Assembly (NCBI GenBank): GCA_032249135.1
Contig: JAVVGL010000004.1
Span: 32,001-96,000, forward strand
DNA length: 64,000 nt
Direction: 5' to 3'
Source: Candidatus Calescibacterium sp.
GTDB lineage: Bacteria > Calescibacteriota > Calescibacteriia > Calescibacteriales > Calescibacteriaceae
A model generated the notes under the pieces. The model worked only from the letters and a program-made list of their open reading frames with translations, did not search any database and was not told the DNA's origin. This document shows, one piece after another, positions 29,061 through 40,300 of this stretch; position 1 is the first letter of the stretch; every line of letters starts with the position of its first letter. Made by a program: the position numbers and the translations under genes.

Positions 29061-30517
29061 GCTTTTATTTGTTTCCATCAAAAATTTTTCCAAAAATTTC
29101 TCCAAAAATTTCTTCTCCTTCTTCAACCTCCTCAAATCCCTCTTTATTCCATTTGCTTTGTATTTGTTTTTTTCTTGATTCAACTTATTTCTCAATTCCT
29201 CCTCCATTTTCCCTAATCTCCATAATGCATATTGAATGTAAATCTGGCTTTTGAGAAGCTTTTTGTAGTTCTCTGGTATTTCTTCCTGAAAACCTAACGC
29301 TTTCCTACCTATAACATATGCTCCTGCTATATCTTTATCTATAAAATACTGCGGACAATATTTCATCATACCTATAACTGATGTGAAAGCTGGATTTACC
29401 TTCACTACCTCTATTCCTTCCTGAATTGCTAAGCTCTCTATCTTTTTCAGTATTCTCCTATAAGAGAAAAATTGTAGGATTTTTCTGAGCTTTGCTTTAC
29501 CATCCCCTCTCTTTCCTTTTGGGAGCTTTCCAATATCCTCAATTGCTATTGCTTTATTTTTTTCTTTTGCAAATTTTATAACCTCGTGAGCTATCAACCA
29601 CTCCTCATATTCTTTCCTATTTCTGCTTTTGTATTTCAAAAGATAAGAAAGATAGATTGATTTGTAGCTTTGCAAATTACCATCAGGAGAAACTTCTGCA
29701 AGAGCAAGATGGAAAGGTCTTGCATTCACATCTATTCCTATTACTCCCTTTGATTTCGTAATTGTTTGAGGGGGAACATCAAGAGAAAATCTGACAAATC
29801 CGTATATTTGACCATCTTTGAGTTTTAGCTCAACAGTGTAAGGGAATTGCTCTCCCGATAAGATTTTTGCCAAAAACAAAGCCCACTTATCTGATTTCCC
29901 ACTCAAATCTCTCTTTACCCTTGCTAATATAAATTTCCTGTTCTTCAAAGCTATTCTTAACAGAAGATTGTTTTTACCATTTTCAGCAGGGATAAATCTG
30001 AGATTAAGGTTTCCTTTGTGAGTTTTGTGCTTTGCGCCTATGCTTAACAAAGTTCCCTGCCTTTTTTCTTTCCATTTTCTCTTAAGCTCCTTCAATCTTT
30101 TTCCTTGAAGATAATTCTTTTTGAGCTTTTCAAATAGAGTTCTACCACCGAATATAAGCTTTTTTGGATTCTGTCCTCTTGCTTTGCAACTTTGAAAAAT
30201 CTCTCTTGCTTTCTCAACTGCACAATTTACATAATGAGAGTTGAGTTCTGGGAATTTCTGTCTTGTTATTGTGTAAGCTTGCAAAGTGGTAAAACCCTCA
30301 AGAAGTCTCTTGTATGAAAATCTTACAGCAGAAGAGAAACTTCTCATAAGTTTCAGGATTTGTTCTTTCTCTTCCCTATTTACAACGAGTTTGAAACTTG
30401 TAGTTATGAACATATAAATTAAACAAATTGTAATAATTGATTTTGGCTTAAAGCGGAATTTTGTAAAATTTTTGAATTTAGGGAAGAAATTATAATTTCA
30501 GATGATTGCGACAAAGC
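28801..30517 (-). mobile_element. Non-autonomous TnpB-carrying element bounded by ~13-15-bp terminal inverted repeats
   Basis: GCTTTGCCGCAAT (28801-28813) and ATTGCGACAAAGC (30505-30517) match 12/13 as an inverted repeat. The only internal gene is tnpB, and the element sits antisense between co-oriented tolC and GH31. Confidence 0.6.
28830..30413 (-). CDS. tnpB: TnpB-related RNA-guided endonuclease (IS200/IS605/IS607 accessory type, zinc-finger-less, 527 aa)
   Basis: LMRSFSSAVRFSYKRLLEG N-terminus; RuvC-I GIDVN, RuvC-II IAIED, VNPAFTS, RuvC-III DKDIAGAYVIGRK. Confidence 0.88.
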   Translation of the reverse strand: MFITTSFKLVVNREEKEQILKLMRSFSSAVRFSYKRLLEGFTTLQAYTITRQKFPELNSHYVNCAVEKAREIFQSCKARGQNPKKLIFGGRTLFEKLKKNYLQGKRLKELKRKWKEKRQGTLLSIGAKHKTHKGNLNLRFIPAENGKNNLLLRIALKNRKFILARVKRDLSGKSDKWALFLAKILSGEQFPYTVELKLKDGQIYGFVRFSLDVPPQTITKSKGVIGIDVNARPFHLALAEVSPDGNLQSYKSIYLSYLLKYKSRNRKEYEEWLIAHEVIKFAKEKNKAIAIEDIGKLPKGKRGDGKAKLRKILQFFSYRRILKKIESLAIQEGIEVVKVNPAFTSVIGMMKYCPQYFIDKDIAGAYVIGRKALGFQEEIPENYKKLLKSQIYIQYALWRLGKMEEELRNKLNQEKNKYKANGIKRDLRRLKKEKKFLEKFLEKFLMETNKSSQSEPETQKQGNLRKEPVRGPESGQKFWRVLRVAFAIPLLGRFCMRDFSPLRPVMVQGKWEGVAMRLGPDGFAGPP

Positions 30518-30552
30518 ATTTTTAAATCATAAAATGTGTAAAATCCCTTTTT

Positions 30553-32709
30553 ATGATTGGAGTTTTGATGATAAATAGAGTTCATTTTGTTTTACTTCCT
30601 TTTCTTATCATTTCTTTCGGTCAGCTTACTTCCTGCTCTTCCTCTGCTCCTTCTAAATTAAGTGAAAATTACAAAGTTGTTCAGAGGTTAAATCTTATAA
30701 GAGTTGGAACTTCAAACATCAAATGGGAGCTTTACCTTGGTACAGGCGGGTACCAAAAATTAGAAGAGAAAGTTTTGAGTTCTTTTGAGTTTTCTCCCTC
30801 TGGTATTGAATCTGGTATTGAAAATCAGTTTGTTTCAGCTAAATTAGAGAAAAAAGACGATTTCGCTGTTATTTATGTGAGATCAAAGCTTTACGACTTT
30901 GATTTCAAGCAGGATATTTTACCTTTTATAGAACTTGAATTTCTATGTGGTGATAAAGAAAGATTTTTCGGTTTCGGCTCGTGGGCAGATTATGCCGACG
31001 CAACAGGAAGGAAAAGACTGATATACACACAAGAACAGCATGTTGGAGGAGAAATGACAGATGATGGAAAAATAGTAAATCAGCCATGGCCTTTTGGTGA
31101 ATTACTAACTTATTTTCCTGTTCCATTTTTTGTTTCTTCTCAAAACTATGCATTTTTTGTCACAGGATTTGACCCTATCGTTTTTTCCATATGTGAAGAT
31201 GGGAAAGTATGGAAAGTCAAGGTTTTCAATAATTCCGCCACATTTTTTGTTTTTGGCTGGAAAGAAAAACCCCTTGAAGCAATTAAAAAATTTACCGGAA
31301 TTGTAGGCAGACAAAAAACTCCACCAATATGGGCTTTTGGAAACTGGATAGATGCGATAGGAGGTCAGAAAAAAGTAGAAAATACAGCTCTTTTTTTGAG
31401 AGAAAATAAAATTCCTTCTTCTGCTATATGGACGGAAGATTGGGCAGGTGGTTTCAGGAGAACAGAAGATATATACACAATAGAAGGTTGGGATACAGAA
31501 CCATCTTATGAGCTTTATCCAGATATAAAATCTTTATCATCAAAACTTCACTCATTAGGATTTAGATTTTTGGGGTATTTCCACCATTTTGTCGGAAAAA
31601 ATAAAAAAGCCTTTTCATACTTTCAGGAAAACGAACTTTTGCTAAAAGCAAAAGATGGAAAAACAAGATTTGTTTTCTTTATACCAGAAGCTCAAGATGT
31701 TGGTTTGCTTGACCTTGAAAACCCAAAAACTTGGGAAGCTATGAAATCTATAATGAAAAGTGTGGCAAGTTTGGGCTTTTCCGGATGGATGGCTGACTTT
31801 GGAGAATGGGTAACTCCTGATATGATTTCATTTTCAGGTAAAACAGGTTGGCAACTTCATAACCTTTATCCGTATCTTTGGGCAAAACTCAACAGAGAAT
31901 TTTGGGAAGAGTTTTCTCAATCTGATTTTGTCTTCTTTTCAAGGTCTGGATTTACTGGTTCTTGGGTGTTTTCTCCTGTTGTTTGGCAAGGAGATCAGAA
32001 CACATCTTTTGAAAGACTTGACGGTTTAGGTTCTGTTATACCATTGATTACATCTTTGGGATTTTCAGGGGTTCATAGTGTGGGACCTGACATAGCAGGG
32101 TACACATCGGGGGTTTTGAGTCAAAATTCAGATAAAGAGCTTTATATAAGGTGGACATCTTTGTGCGCCTTTTTGCCAATATTCAGAACTCATCACGGAG
32201 TTACACCAGAAAAAAATTGGAGATTTACAAAAGATGATGAAACTCTTTCTATTTTCAGAAAATATGCTCAAATTCATATAAAACTTGCTCCTTTCTTTTT
32301 CGGCATCGCAAAAGAGGGAGAACAAAAAGGGTATCCAGCGGTAAGACATATATTTTTGGAGTATCCAGATGTTGTTCAGTTCATACCTGAAAAGTTAGAG
32401 GTTATAGAACAAGAGTTTCTGCTTGGAGGAAAGATGTTAGTTGCTCCAATTGTCAGGAGAGGTGAAACAAAGAGAGAAGTTTTCATACCACCGGGAAAAT
32501 GGGTTGATTTTTTCTCTCAAAAAGAATTTGATGGGGAACAAAAAGGAAAATTTTTAGAAGTTGAAATACCTTTGGGAGAGATTTTTGTTCTCGTCAAAAA
32601 AGGCGAGTGCATTGAAATTTTTGACCCGGTTCTAGATACATTAAATCAAACTCAAAATCCTGAAATAATAGGGATAGATGATGTGCAGATAAAGAAAGTT
32701 TGTTTTTGA
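30553..32709 (+). CDS. GH31 alpha-glycosidase lipoprotein (YihQ-related)
   Basis: LTSC lipobox, GRQKTPPIWA, WMADFGE (nucleophile), WQGDQ (acid/base), DIAGY, ELYIRW, FRTHHG. Confidence 0.88.
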   Translation: MIGVLMINRVHFVLLPFLIISFGQLTSCSSSAPSKLSENYKVVQRLNLIRVGTSNIKWELYLGTGGYQKLEEKVLSSFEFSPSGIESGIENQFVSAKLEKKDDFAVIYVRSKLYDFDFKQDILPFIELEFLCGDKERFFGFGSWADYADATGRKRLIYTQEQHVGGEMTDDGKIVNQPWPFGELLTYFPVPFFVSSQNYAFFVTGFDPIVFSICEDGKVWKVKVFNNSATFFVFGWKEKPLEAIKKFTGIVGRQKTPPIWAFGNWIDAIGGQKKVENTALFLRENKIPSSAIWTEDWAGGFRRTEDIYTIEGWDTEPSYELYPDIKSLSSKLHSLGFRFLGYFHHFVGKNKKAFSYFQENELLLKAKDGKTRFVFFIPEAQDVGLLDLENPKTWEAMKSIMKSVASLGFSGWMADFGEWVTPDMISFSGKTGWQLHNLYPYLWAKLNREFWEEFSQSDFVFFSRSGFTGSWVFSPVVWQGDQNTSFERLDGLGSVIPLITSLGFSGVHSVGPDIAGYTSGVLSQNSDKELYIRWTSLCAFLPIFRTHHGVTPEKNWRFTKDDETLSIFRKYAQIHIKLAPFFFGIAKEGEQKGYPAVRHIFLEYPDVVQFIPEKLEVIEQEFLLGGKMLVAPIVRRGETKREVFIPPGKWVDFFSQKEFDGEQKGKFLEVEIPLGEIFVLVKKGECIEIFDPVLDTLNQTQNPEIIGIDDVQIKKVCF

Positions 32710-32767
32710 TAAAGAAAATTTTTTGAGTCAGTTTTTTGAACTCAGTTTCTTGATGATTTTTTGAAAA

Positions 32768-33811
32768 TCAGTCTAATCCCTGTTTTTTTCTTTCCTGAAA
32801 AGATATTTTTCTGTTTTTGACATACCAGTTGTAAGTTTGTTCAAGGCAAAGTTCTGGTGTGAATTTTGGGGAAAAACCTAATATTTCTTTTGCTTTTTTT
32901 ATGCTATAATGAGCTCCAGTTAAAGCAAAGGGAATAAGCTCTTGTGGAGTATGAAAAAGTGGAATAAATGGCAATTTCATCGCTAAAATTATTCCTAATT
33001 TCACAATCGGAAGCGGTACTTTTATAATTTTCGTCTTACTTTTTACTCTTTTTATGAAGCTATCAAACACATCTATTACGGGAGGTGCGATCTCTGATGA
33101 TATGTTAAAAACATCATGATTTTTGCCGATTTTATTTGTTCCCGACATTTTTTCAAGTGTTTTCAAAGATAAAATGAAAGCCTCGGCTGCATCTTCTGCA
33201 TGAACACAAGTAAATGGTATTTTGGGATCACAAAATAAAAACAAAGGTAATCCAAGTCTTACTAAATCAAAAATAAATGTTATAGACCTTTCATGATAGA
33301 AACCTTCTCCGAAAATCATAGGTAATCTCAAAGATATTGCAAAAATTTTGTTTTGTGAGCAAGCTTTGTCAAGTAATCTTTCACATTCAAATTTATGTCT
33401 GCTATACGCACCTGTAAAAGCAGGAGTATCTTCTTCTGAAAGTGGATACTTTTTTTGTGGTCCAAAAATTTCTGTTGTTGAAGCAAAAACAATAAATCTA
33501 ACATTATGTGATATACAAGACTGAATAACATTTTTTGTTCCGTTGACATTTATATCATATAAGTTCTTTTCTCCGAGTCTTTTTTCCCATTGGGGCATCC
33601 TTCCTGCAAGGTGAAAAACAGTATCTACTCCTTTTACTGCATCATTTACCTTATTTGAATCTCTTATATCTCCTTGTATCCAGTCTATTTTACTGAATTC
33701 ATGAGGTGGTGGAAAAAGATCAAAACCTTTTACCTCAAACCCGTAACTTATTAGTTTTCTTATTACGTATCTTCCTAAAAGTCCCCCAGCCCCTGTAACC
33801 AAAACTTTCAT
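32768..33811 (-). CDS. NAD-dependent epimerase/dehydratase (extended SDR, 3-beta-HSD-like)
   Basis: TGAGGLLG, HLAG, NVNGT, YSRHK. Confidence 0.85.
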   Translation of the reverse strand: MKVLVTGAGGLLGRYVIRKLISYGFEVKGFDLFPPPHEFSKIDWIQGDIRDSNKVNDAVKGVDTVFHLAGRMPQWEKRLGEKNLYDINVNGTKNVIQSCISHNVRFIVFASTTEIFGPQKKYPLSEEDTPAFTGAYSRHKFECERLLDKACSQNKIFAISLRLPMIFGEGFYHERSITFIFDLVRLGLPLFLFCDPKIPFTCVHAEDAAEAFILSLKTLEKMSGTNKIGKNHDVFNISSEIAPPVIDVFDSFIKRVKSKTKIIKVPLPIVKLGIILAMKLPFIPLFHTPQELIPFALTGAHYSIKKAKEILGFSPKFTPELCLEQTYNWYVKNRKISFQERKKQGLD

Positions 33812-33925
33812 TCTTTTGGATGTAGATTTCTAATTTACAGAGTTATATTTGTAAAACAAAAATTTGTAAAATTGCTTAAAGTATAATATGAAAAAATCAA
33901 AAAATAGCAGAAAGGAGGTAGTAAT

Positions 33926-35311
33926 ATGGTAAGAAACGAAAACAAAAAAGATCAAAAAGGAAATATAGTAAAAGTAAAAAAGTTTTTACCTTTTGTAATA
34001 TTGTTGGCGGTTATATCTTCTTTTTATTCGGTTTTTTTAGTTTCTCATTCTGTTGCCGAGCCTATGGATTTTTATTGCTCCGGACCCAAATCTCGTATGA
34101 CCGGATGCACAGGTATTGCGGCTTCCAGTGGTTATGAATCTGCTTTCTTTAACCCTGCTCTTATATCTGCTAAAAAGAATTTTGGTCTTGGATATCTTTT
34201 TGCATCTCAAAAAGTTGAAGTTGAATTGAACGGGAAAAAATTAGATAAGGTTGGAAATCCTCTTGAAAATGTTTCTCAAATTAATGCTGGTCTTTCTTGG
34301 CGTTTATCTGATTTGCCTATTTTTGAGGAAAGTAAGGTCCTTGAACACATATCAATCGGTTTGGCTGCTTTTTTGCCAACCGGAAAACAGCTAATAAGAG
34401 TTGGAAATGTTGAAACAAAAACACCATCAACTCTCCTTTATGGCAACAGAAACTCCCGTTTCTCTACATTTGCAGGACTTTCAGGAAACATCCCTGTAGC
34501 TGAAAATTTTAAATTGTTTTTAGGTGCAGGGGGATATTTCTTTGCAGATCTTCCAATTTTTATTGATGCTAATTTATCTCCTGATAAAGACCTTGTTATT
34601 ATTGATGGTGCTCTTGAAGGTAAACCTGGATTTATTGGTGGTGCAGCAGTGGAGTACTCATCAGAAAATATATATATGAGAGTTGGAGGAGTTGGGAGAT
34701 CATCTCTTTATATAAATATACCAACAAAAGTTAATGCTTATCTTACGGGAGAGAAAATTCTGTCTCTAATGGCTGCCTTGGTAGATTCTTTTGTGCCGGG
34801 ACTTTTTGGAGGTGGGTTAGCAGGTGGATATAAATCAGAAGCTTTTAGTATTCATCTTGGGTTTGATTTTGCAAGATATCAGTTCTCAAAGTTCAAACCA
34901 TCTCTTTTAGAGGTTCAAAGTATTGAGCCGCAGGAAATCGGAGGAACTTTATCTGGTCTCTTACCGAAACACGAGCTAAAATTAAAAGATGTAAATGTAA
35001 TAAAAGTTGGAGGTATGGGGGAAATACCAGCTGGTAAAACAAAATTTCTCATAGGAGCAGGTCTTTCTTTGTTCCCATCACCTTTTGAAAATCAGACAAA
35101 CCTTTTCTTCGTTGATTCCGATAGAACGATTGTGTCTGGCGGATTAGGAATTTCTGCTCCGTCTCCCTTTTTAGTCAAAGGTGATTTGGAGTTCATAGTT
35201 TCAGGGCAACTTCATATGATATCTCAAAAACAAATTTCTTCACAAGGAAAAACAGCTTCTATCAAAGGCAATTTACCAGTTATATCTGCCGTTTTAAACA
35301 TAAACTACTGA
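33926..35311 (+). CDS. FadL/OmpP1-like outer-membrane transporter
   Basis: Signal peptide, hatch region with AFFNPA motif, beta strands, C-terminal aromatic residue; GGAGGT RBS. Confidence 0.65.
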   Translation: MVRNENKKDQKGNIVKVKKFLPFVILLAVISSFYSVFLVSHSVAEPMDFYCSGPKSRMTGCTGIAASSGYESAFFNPALISAKKNFGLGYLFASQKVEVELNGKKLDKVGNPLENVSQINAGLSWRLSDLPIFEESKVLEHISIGLAAFLPTGKQLIRVGNVETKTPSTLLYGNRNSRFSTFAGLSGNIPVAENFKLFLGAGGYFFADLPIFIDANLSPDKDLVIIDGALEGKPGFIGGAAVEYSSENIYMRVGGVGRSSLYINIPTKVNAYLTGEKILSLMAALVDSFVPGLFGGGLAGGYKSEAFSIHLGFDFARYQFSKFKPSLLEVQSIEPQEIGGTLSGLLPKHELKLKDVNVIKVGGMGEIPAGKTKFLIGAGLSLFPSPFENQTNLFFVDSDRTIVSGGLGISAPSPFLVKGDLEFIVSGQLHMISQKQISSQGKTASIKGNLPVISAVLNINY

Positions 35312-35380
35312 TTTTATGAACATAAACAAACTGTAACTTTTGATAGGTTTTTGTAGATTTTTTTCGTAGAAGAAAGATTT

Positions 35381-35407
35381 TTGACTTTCGCATCCATTTG
35401 ATAAAAT
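35381..35407 (+). promoter_or_regulatory. Putative sigma70 promoter of atpA
   Basis: TTGACT-N15-TAAAAT, with an extended -10 (TGn). Confidence 0.4.
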
Positions 35408-35481
35408 TCATTATTGATACAAAAAATAAATAGCAATATAAAATACCAATTTTTCAGAGTTAAAAAGGAGGAAAAAATCTT

Positions 35482-37008
35482 ATGATAGGTGCAGATGAAA
35501 TATCAAGTATTATAAAGGAAAGAATAAAGGGAACAGACTTTGAAGCTCGCTTTGATGAAATAGGAGTGGTCACATATGTTGGAGATTATATTGCACGAGC
35601 CTATGGACTCTGGGAAGCTATGGCTGGTGAGGTCGTTGAATTCTCATCGGGACACAAAGGAATAATCCTAAACCTTGAAGAAGAATCAGTCGGAATAGCT
35701 ATAACGGGTTCGACGGAAGGAATAAAAGAAGGAGATATAGTTAAAAGAACGGGAAAGCTTTTTGAGGTTCCGGTTGGAAAAGCTGTTCTCGGAAGAGTAA
35801 TAAACGCGATCGGAGAGCCAATAGATGGTCTCGGTCCAATTTCTTATGAGGAAACAAGAAGAGTTGAGGTTAAAGCTCCCGGTGTTATAATGAGGCAACC
35901 TGTAAGAGAACCTTTGCAGACCGGAATTAAAGCAATTGATGCTATGATACCGATAGGGAGAGGTCAGAGAGAGTTGATAATAGGAGATAGGCAAACCGGA
36001 AAGACTACGATTGCTATTGATACTATAATAAATCAAAAGTATGCAGAACCTCCTGTCTACTGTATATATGTTGCAATAGGGCAAAAGCTTCAATCTATTG
36101 CACAGGTTATAGATACCCTCAAAAAATTTGGAGCTATGGAATACACTACCGTTGTCGTTGCATCTGCCTCTGAACCTCCGACTTTGCAATATATCGCACC
36201 TTATGTTGGATGCACAATAGGAGAATATTTCAGAGATAACGGAATGCATGCTCTTATTATTTATGATGACCTATCAAAACATGCACAAGCATACAGAGCT
36301 CTTGCTCTACTTCTGAGAAGACCGCCCGGAAGAGAAGCTTATCCCGGAGATGTGTTTTATCTACATTCAAGACTTCTTGAACGCGCAGCTAAACTATCTG
36401 ATGAGCTTGGAGGAGGGTCCCTTACTGCTTTACCAATAATTGAAACCCAAGCAGGAGATGTCTCTGCATACATACCAACAAATGTTATTTCAATAACAGA
36501 TGGACAGATCTATCTTGAACCAGAACTTTTCTATGCGGGAATTCGCCCAGCGATAAATGTCGGAATTTCTGTATCTCGCGTTGGTGGTAATGCTCAAATA
36601 AAAGCTATGAAAAAAGTTGCTGGTATGCTCAGACTTGAACTCGCTCAATATAGAGAACTTGAAACTTTTGCTCAATTCGGTTCAGACCTTGATCCTGCAA
36701 CTTTGAAACAAATAGAAAGGGGAAGAAGGCTTACAGAAATTTTAAAGCAAAATCCTCACGAGGTTCTTCCGGTTGAAAAGCAAATCGTAATAATATATGC
36801 AGGAACAAGAGGGTATCTTGATAAATATCCTGTTCAGCTCTGCCGAAAATACGAAGAAGAACTCTATAAATTTTTAGAATCAAAATATCCTGATATTTTC
36901 AAAGATATAAAGGAAAAGAAAGATTTGACGCCCGAGATTGAAGAAAAGCTCAAAAAAGCTCTTGATGATTTTGATTCGTATTTTTCTTCTCTTGTAAAAC
37001 AACTATAG
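35482..37008 (+). CDS. atpA: F-type ATP synthase alpha subunit
   Basis: [45 protein letters not shown]. Confidence 0.98.
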   Translation: MIGADEISSIIKERIKGTDFEARFDEIGVVTYVGDYIARAYGLWEAMAGEVVEFSSGHKGIILNLEEESVGIAITGSTEGIKEGDIVKRTGKLFEVPVGKAVLGRVINAIGEPIDGLGPISYEETRRVEVKAPGVIMRQPVREPLQTGIKAIDAMIPIGRGQRELIIGDRQTGKTTIAIDTIINQKYAEPPVYCIYVAIGQKLQSIAQVIDTLKKFGAMEYTTVVVASASEPPTLQYIAPYVGCTIGEYFRDNGMHALIIYDDLSKHAQAYRALALLLRRPPGREAYPGDVFYLHSRLLERAAKLSDELGGGSLTALPIIETQAGDVSAYIPTNVISITDGQIYLEPELFYAGIRPAINVGISVSRVGGNAQIKAMKKVAGMLRLELAQYRELETFAQFGSDLDPATLKQIERGRRLTEILKQNPHEVLPVEKQIVIIYAGTRGYLDKYPVQLCRKYEEELYKFLESKYPDIFKDIKEKKDLTPEIEEKLKKALDDFDSYFSSLVKQL

Positions 37009-37241
37009 ATGTGAGGAAAGTTATTTTTCACTTAGCTTAATTTTTTGTAAAATACCTCCGAAATCTTATTTTAGTTCAAATAGTTGTTAATGCTAAATAT
37101 TTGTTTCAGGAAGAAACTTTCATATTTGAAAATTACAAATCCTGGAAAAAATTTGATTTTTTTGCTCAAAAATGCAAAAATTTGGTTTTTGATCGCTTTC
37201 TTTCCCTTATCTGATGAGGGCTCCAAAAGTTGTTCAAAATC

Positions 37242-37270
37242 TTGACTTTTTTTTTTGAAGTGATTATATT
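37242..37270 (+). promoter_or_regulatory. Sigma70 promoter with T10 tract in the spacer
   Basis: TTGACT (37242-37247), N17, TATATT (37265-37270); T run at 37247-37256; AGGAGG RBS before ATG 37308. Confidence 0.6.
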
Positions 37271-37307
37271 TTTTCATATAAAAAAAACAAAAAAGGAGGT
37301 AAAAAAC

Positions 37308-40300
37308 ATGGGGAATAAAAAATTAATGTGTGGAGTATTGATGGTGGTTTTTGGATTTTTTGTGGCTTTGTTTTTGACGGCAGGTTCGGCAAACGCAAAA
37401 AGACTCCAAGAAATGCACCACTCAATAACCTTGGATACTGGTAACCCATATTCTGCTGGTCCAAAAGACCCTATAAGATGGGGCGGACTTCCTCAGGTTG
37501 CTCCCGGTTTTATAACTCGTACTGCGCTTGAAAAACATAATCTTGTGATAAGATTAACACAAGGGGGACTTAATGAAATAGGAAATCTTATTTCAGATAT
37601 ACTAAAATATGACCCATCGGTAGCTAACCTTATAAATTACTTTGCAATGTCATTTTTAGATAGATGCACAGATACAAAAGTTGTCGCAGACTTTTGGGAC
37701 TCTTTATTTGAATTTCAAGAGTGGCTTACACAAAACTATTCAAATAATGCAACAAAATATTATTACTACCAAACCGTAGCAACAACTGCCTGTGGAATAT
37801 TCCCTTCTTCTCCTGGTTTTAGCTACGGAGAAGGTACAACACACTGCTTTGGAAATGGAATTTATTTTGAATATATAGGTGGATACAACCCAACGGGAAC
37901 ATGGGATGAAGGAACAAATATGTGCAAAGACGACGGAAAAGGTCTTTTTTCTATGTGCTTACCTATCCCGCTTCTTAATGATGAAGGTGCTCCAATATGC
38001 GTTAATGCTGTAATCTATGGGCAAGAAAGAAATAAACAACCTTATCCGCCAACAATATTCTTCTCGGGAGGTTTTTATTGGCGACCGTTTGGAAAATGTG
38101 CTTCTGATTTGCCAGGTATCTGTCCTACATCACAAGGATGGGATAACTATTACTTTTTGGATAGGGTAACAGGAAATAGATTAATAGCAGATTATAATAG
38201 GAATGGTATAAGGGTAACACTCCAACAGAATATAGGAACAGATTATCCTGCAACTGCTACATGTGAGGGAGATTTGACAGAACATACATCAGATGATAGA
38301 TTAGATATCGGTATTGAGTTACCAAACTTTGAAATAGCCCTAACATTTACATCTCCTTTTGTGGATTCTCAAACAAGATATGTTGATTGTAACTGGGTTT
38401 CAGGTACTTGTCAGTTTAGAGACGGTGTTACGAGTTTCCCGAACGAGCTTTCTTTCTGTTTCAAAAACAGAGCTGCTGTAAGTGATAACCATATATGCGA
38501 CCCACAATATGATAACGGAGCAACAGGGTATAAATATGATCCAGCTCGTGTTATTTCAAACTACATAAATGGAAGGGCATATATAAGAATACCAATTTTA
38601 GCTTTAAGAGTAGGGATACAAATAAAAGGAAACTTCACAGACTTTACCAACTATAGAGATTGGGAACACATGGTGAGAGGTCTCGGAATAAACTTGAAAG
38701 CATTAGATGTTGTAGCAGGTGTCGCATATGACTTTGTTCCTATGAGCGCATCAATAACAACCCCTGCTTGTTGGTCCACTTCGTGGAACCAAGTAGGGTC
38801 TGTTCAGTATTGTCCAGAATACAGGGTATCACAGAAATTTGCAAAAACTCTGCTGTGGCTTGATGCAGTAATAAGAATGATCGCTGTTGATACCTTTGAT
38901 GTATCTTGTATTTCTGGTCACACGGTAACTCAATACGATACTTGTGTTGCATATTTCCTTTTCCCGGGACAAGTCTTTGATTTGAAAGATATAATAAAGA
39001 ACTTGAACCCAATAGATCACCCGTTGGAGGAGGTTGTTTATGTGGGACCGACAACATATTATGAGCACAAACCAAATAAGATTTTCATTGATTTTGGTTT
39101 CACAAACGATTTCTGGGCAGATTCAGCCGGAATAATTATAGCGGCTAATGTCGGAGTTGATATAAGATATGTTATGTGGAACTCCTCAGCTACAAGCATA
39201 ACATATGTCAAAAGAGACTACTCAGTATTTAATGATTATGTTTCAACTTGCGTACAATTTGCTTCTTTTGTAACTGCTGCTACAAGCCCAATAATACCAA
39301 TACCTGAATGCCAACCACAAACAGGGTGTCCATCTACTGTAAGAACTGTGTCAACTTGTCCTATTGTAAACGGTGGTTTAAACCCGTATGTCTTTGCTAC
39401 GGAATGGTTACCGCAAGCTCCTGCTCCATCGACCTTAGGAGAAGGTAGATATGGATACTCAATTACGAATTACTATGTGGGAATAGGAATTCACCACAAC
39501 TTAATATCAAGGGTTCTTTTTGAAGCAATAGGAGATGGTCTTGCTTGCATATGGGTAGATAAATACACACCTATGTTGGGAGGATTTGCCGGTGGTTTCT
39601 TGAAAACAGATTCATTTGGGTTCTTTATGCCACAACTCAAAGAAAAATACCCTGGAAAGGATATGGCGATTGAGATTATTCCAAACTACAAAGACCCAGG
39701 GAACCCATCTGGAAACTCGGGTGGAGCAGCTTCTTATAACACACCTCTATCTGTTGTAGCTTATGCAAAAACTGGTGGTCCAACTTTCAGACCCGTTCTT
39801 TCTGTCTATTCTTCAAACTCAACGAGAGTTAATTTCTGGAGTGAGTTTTTAGCGAATGCAACTTATGGTTCATCTTTTACGATGTTTGTTCAGCCATCAA
39901 CTTGGTTTGATACAGCAGACCTTATGATAGATATTCCTTATCTTGACCTTTCATTTAATGTGGTCACAACCGGTACTATAACAGATCCTATGGCAAGCCA
40001 AACATGGATGAGAATTTTTGGTTTAACAGTTGGGCTTATGCTATCCGTTGATATAGATATAGTGCCGTGTGTCTCTCCTGACTGTGCGAGAACGGTTGAA
40101 TTTCCTCCTTACGAATCTATTGATTTTTCACAGCCATTAACATCAGTTTTAAGAGATTATTATACTGGTCAATACTTGAACGAAACTACAAATTACTTCC
40201 CATATGGTGGTACATTTGCGAGAGTTATAGACTTGACCTTGTATGTGGATCCAGATGTAAGATACTTTATAGCATATAACACAAATGCTCTTGGGCTTTC

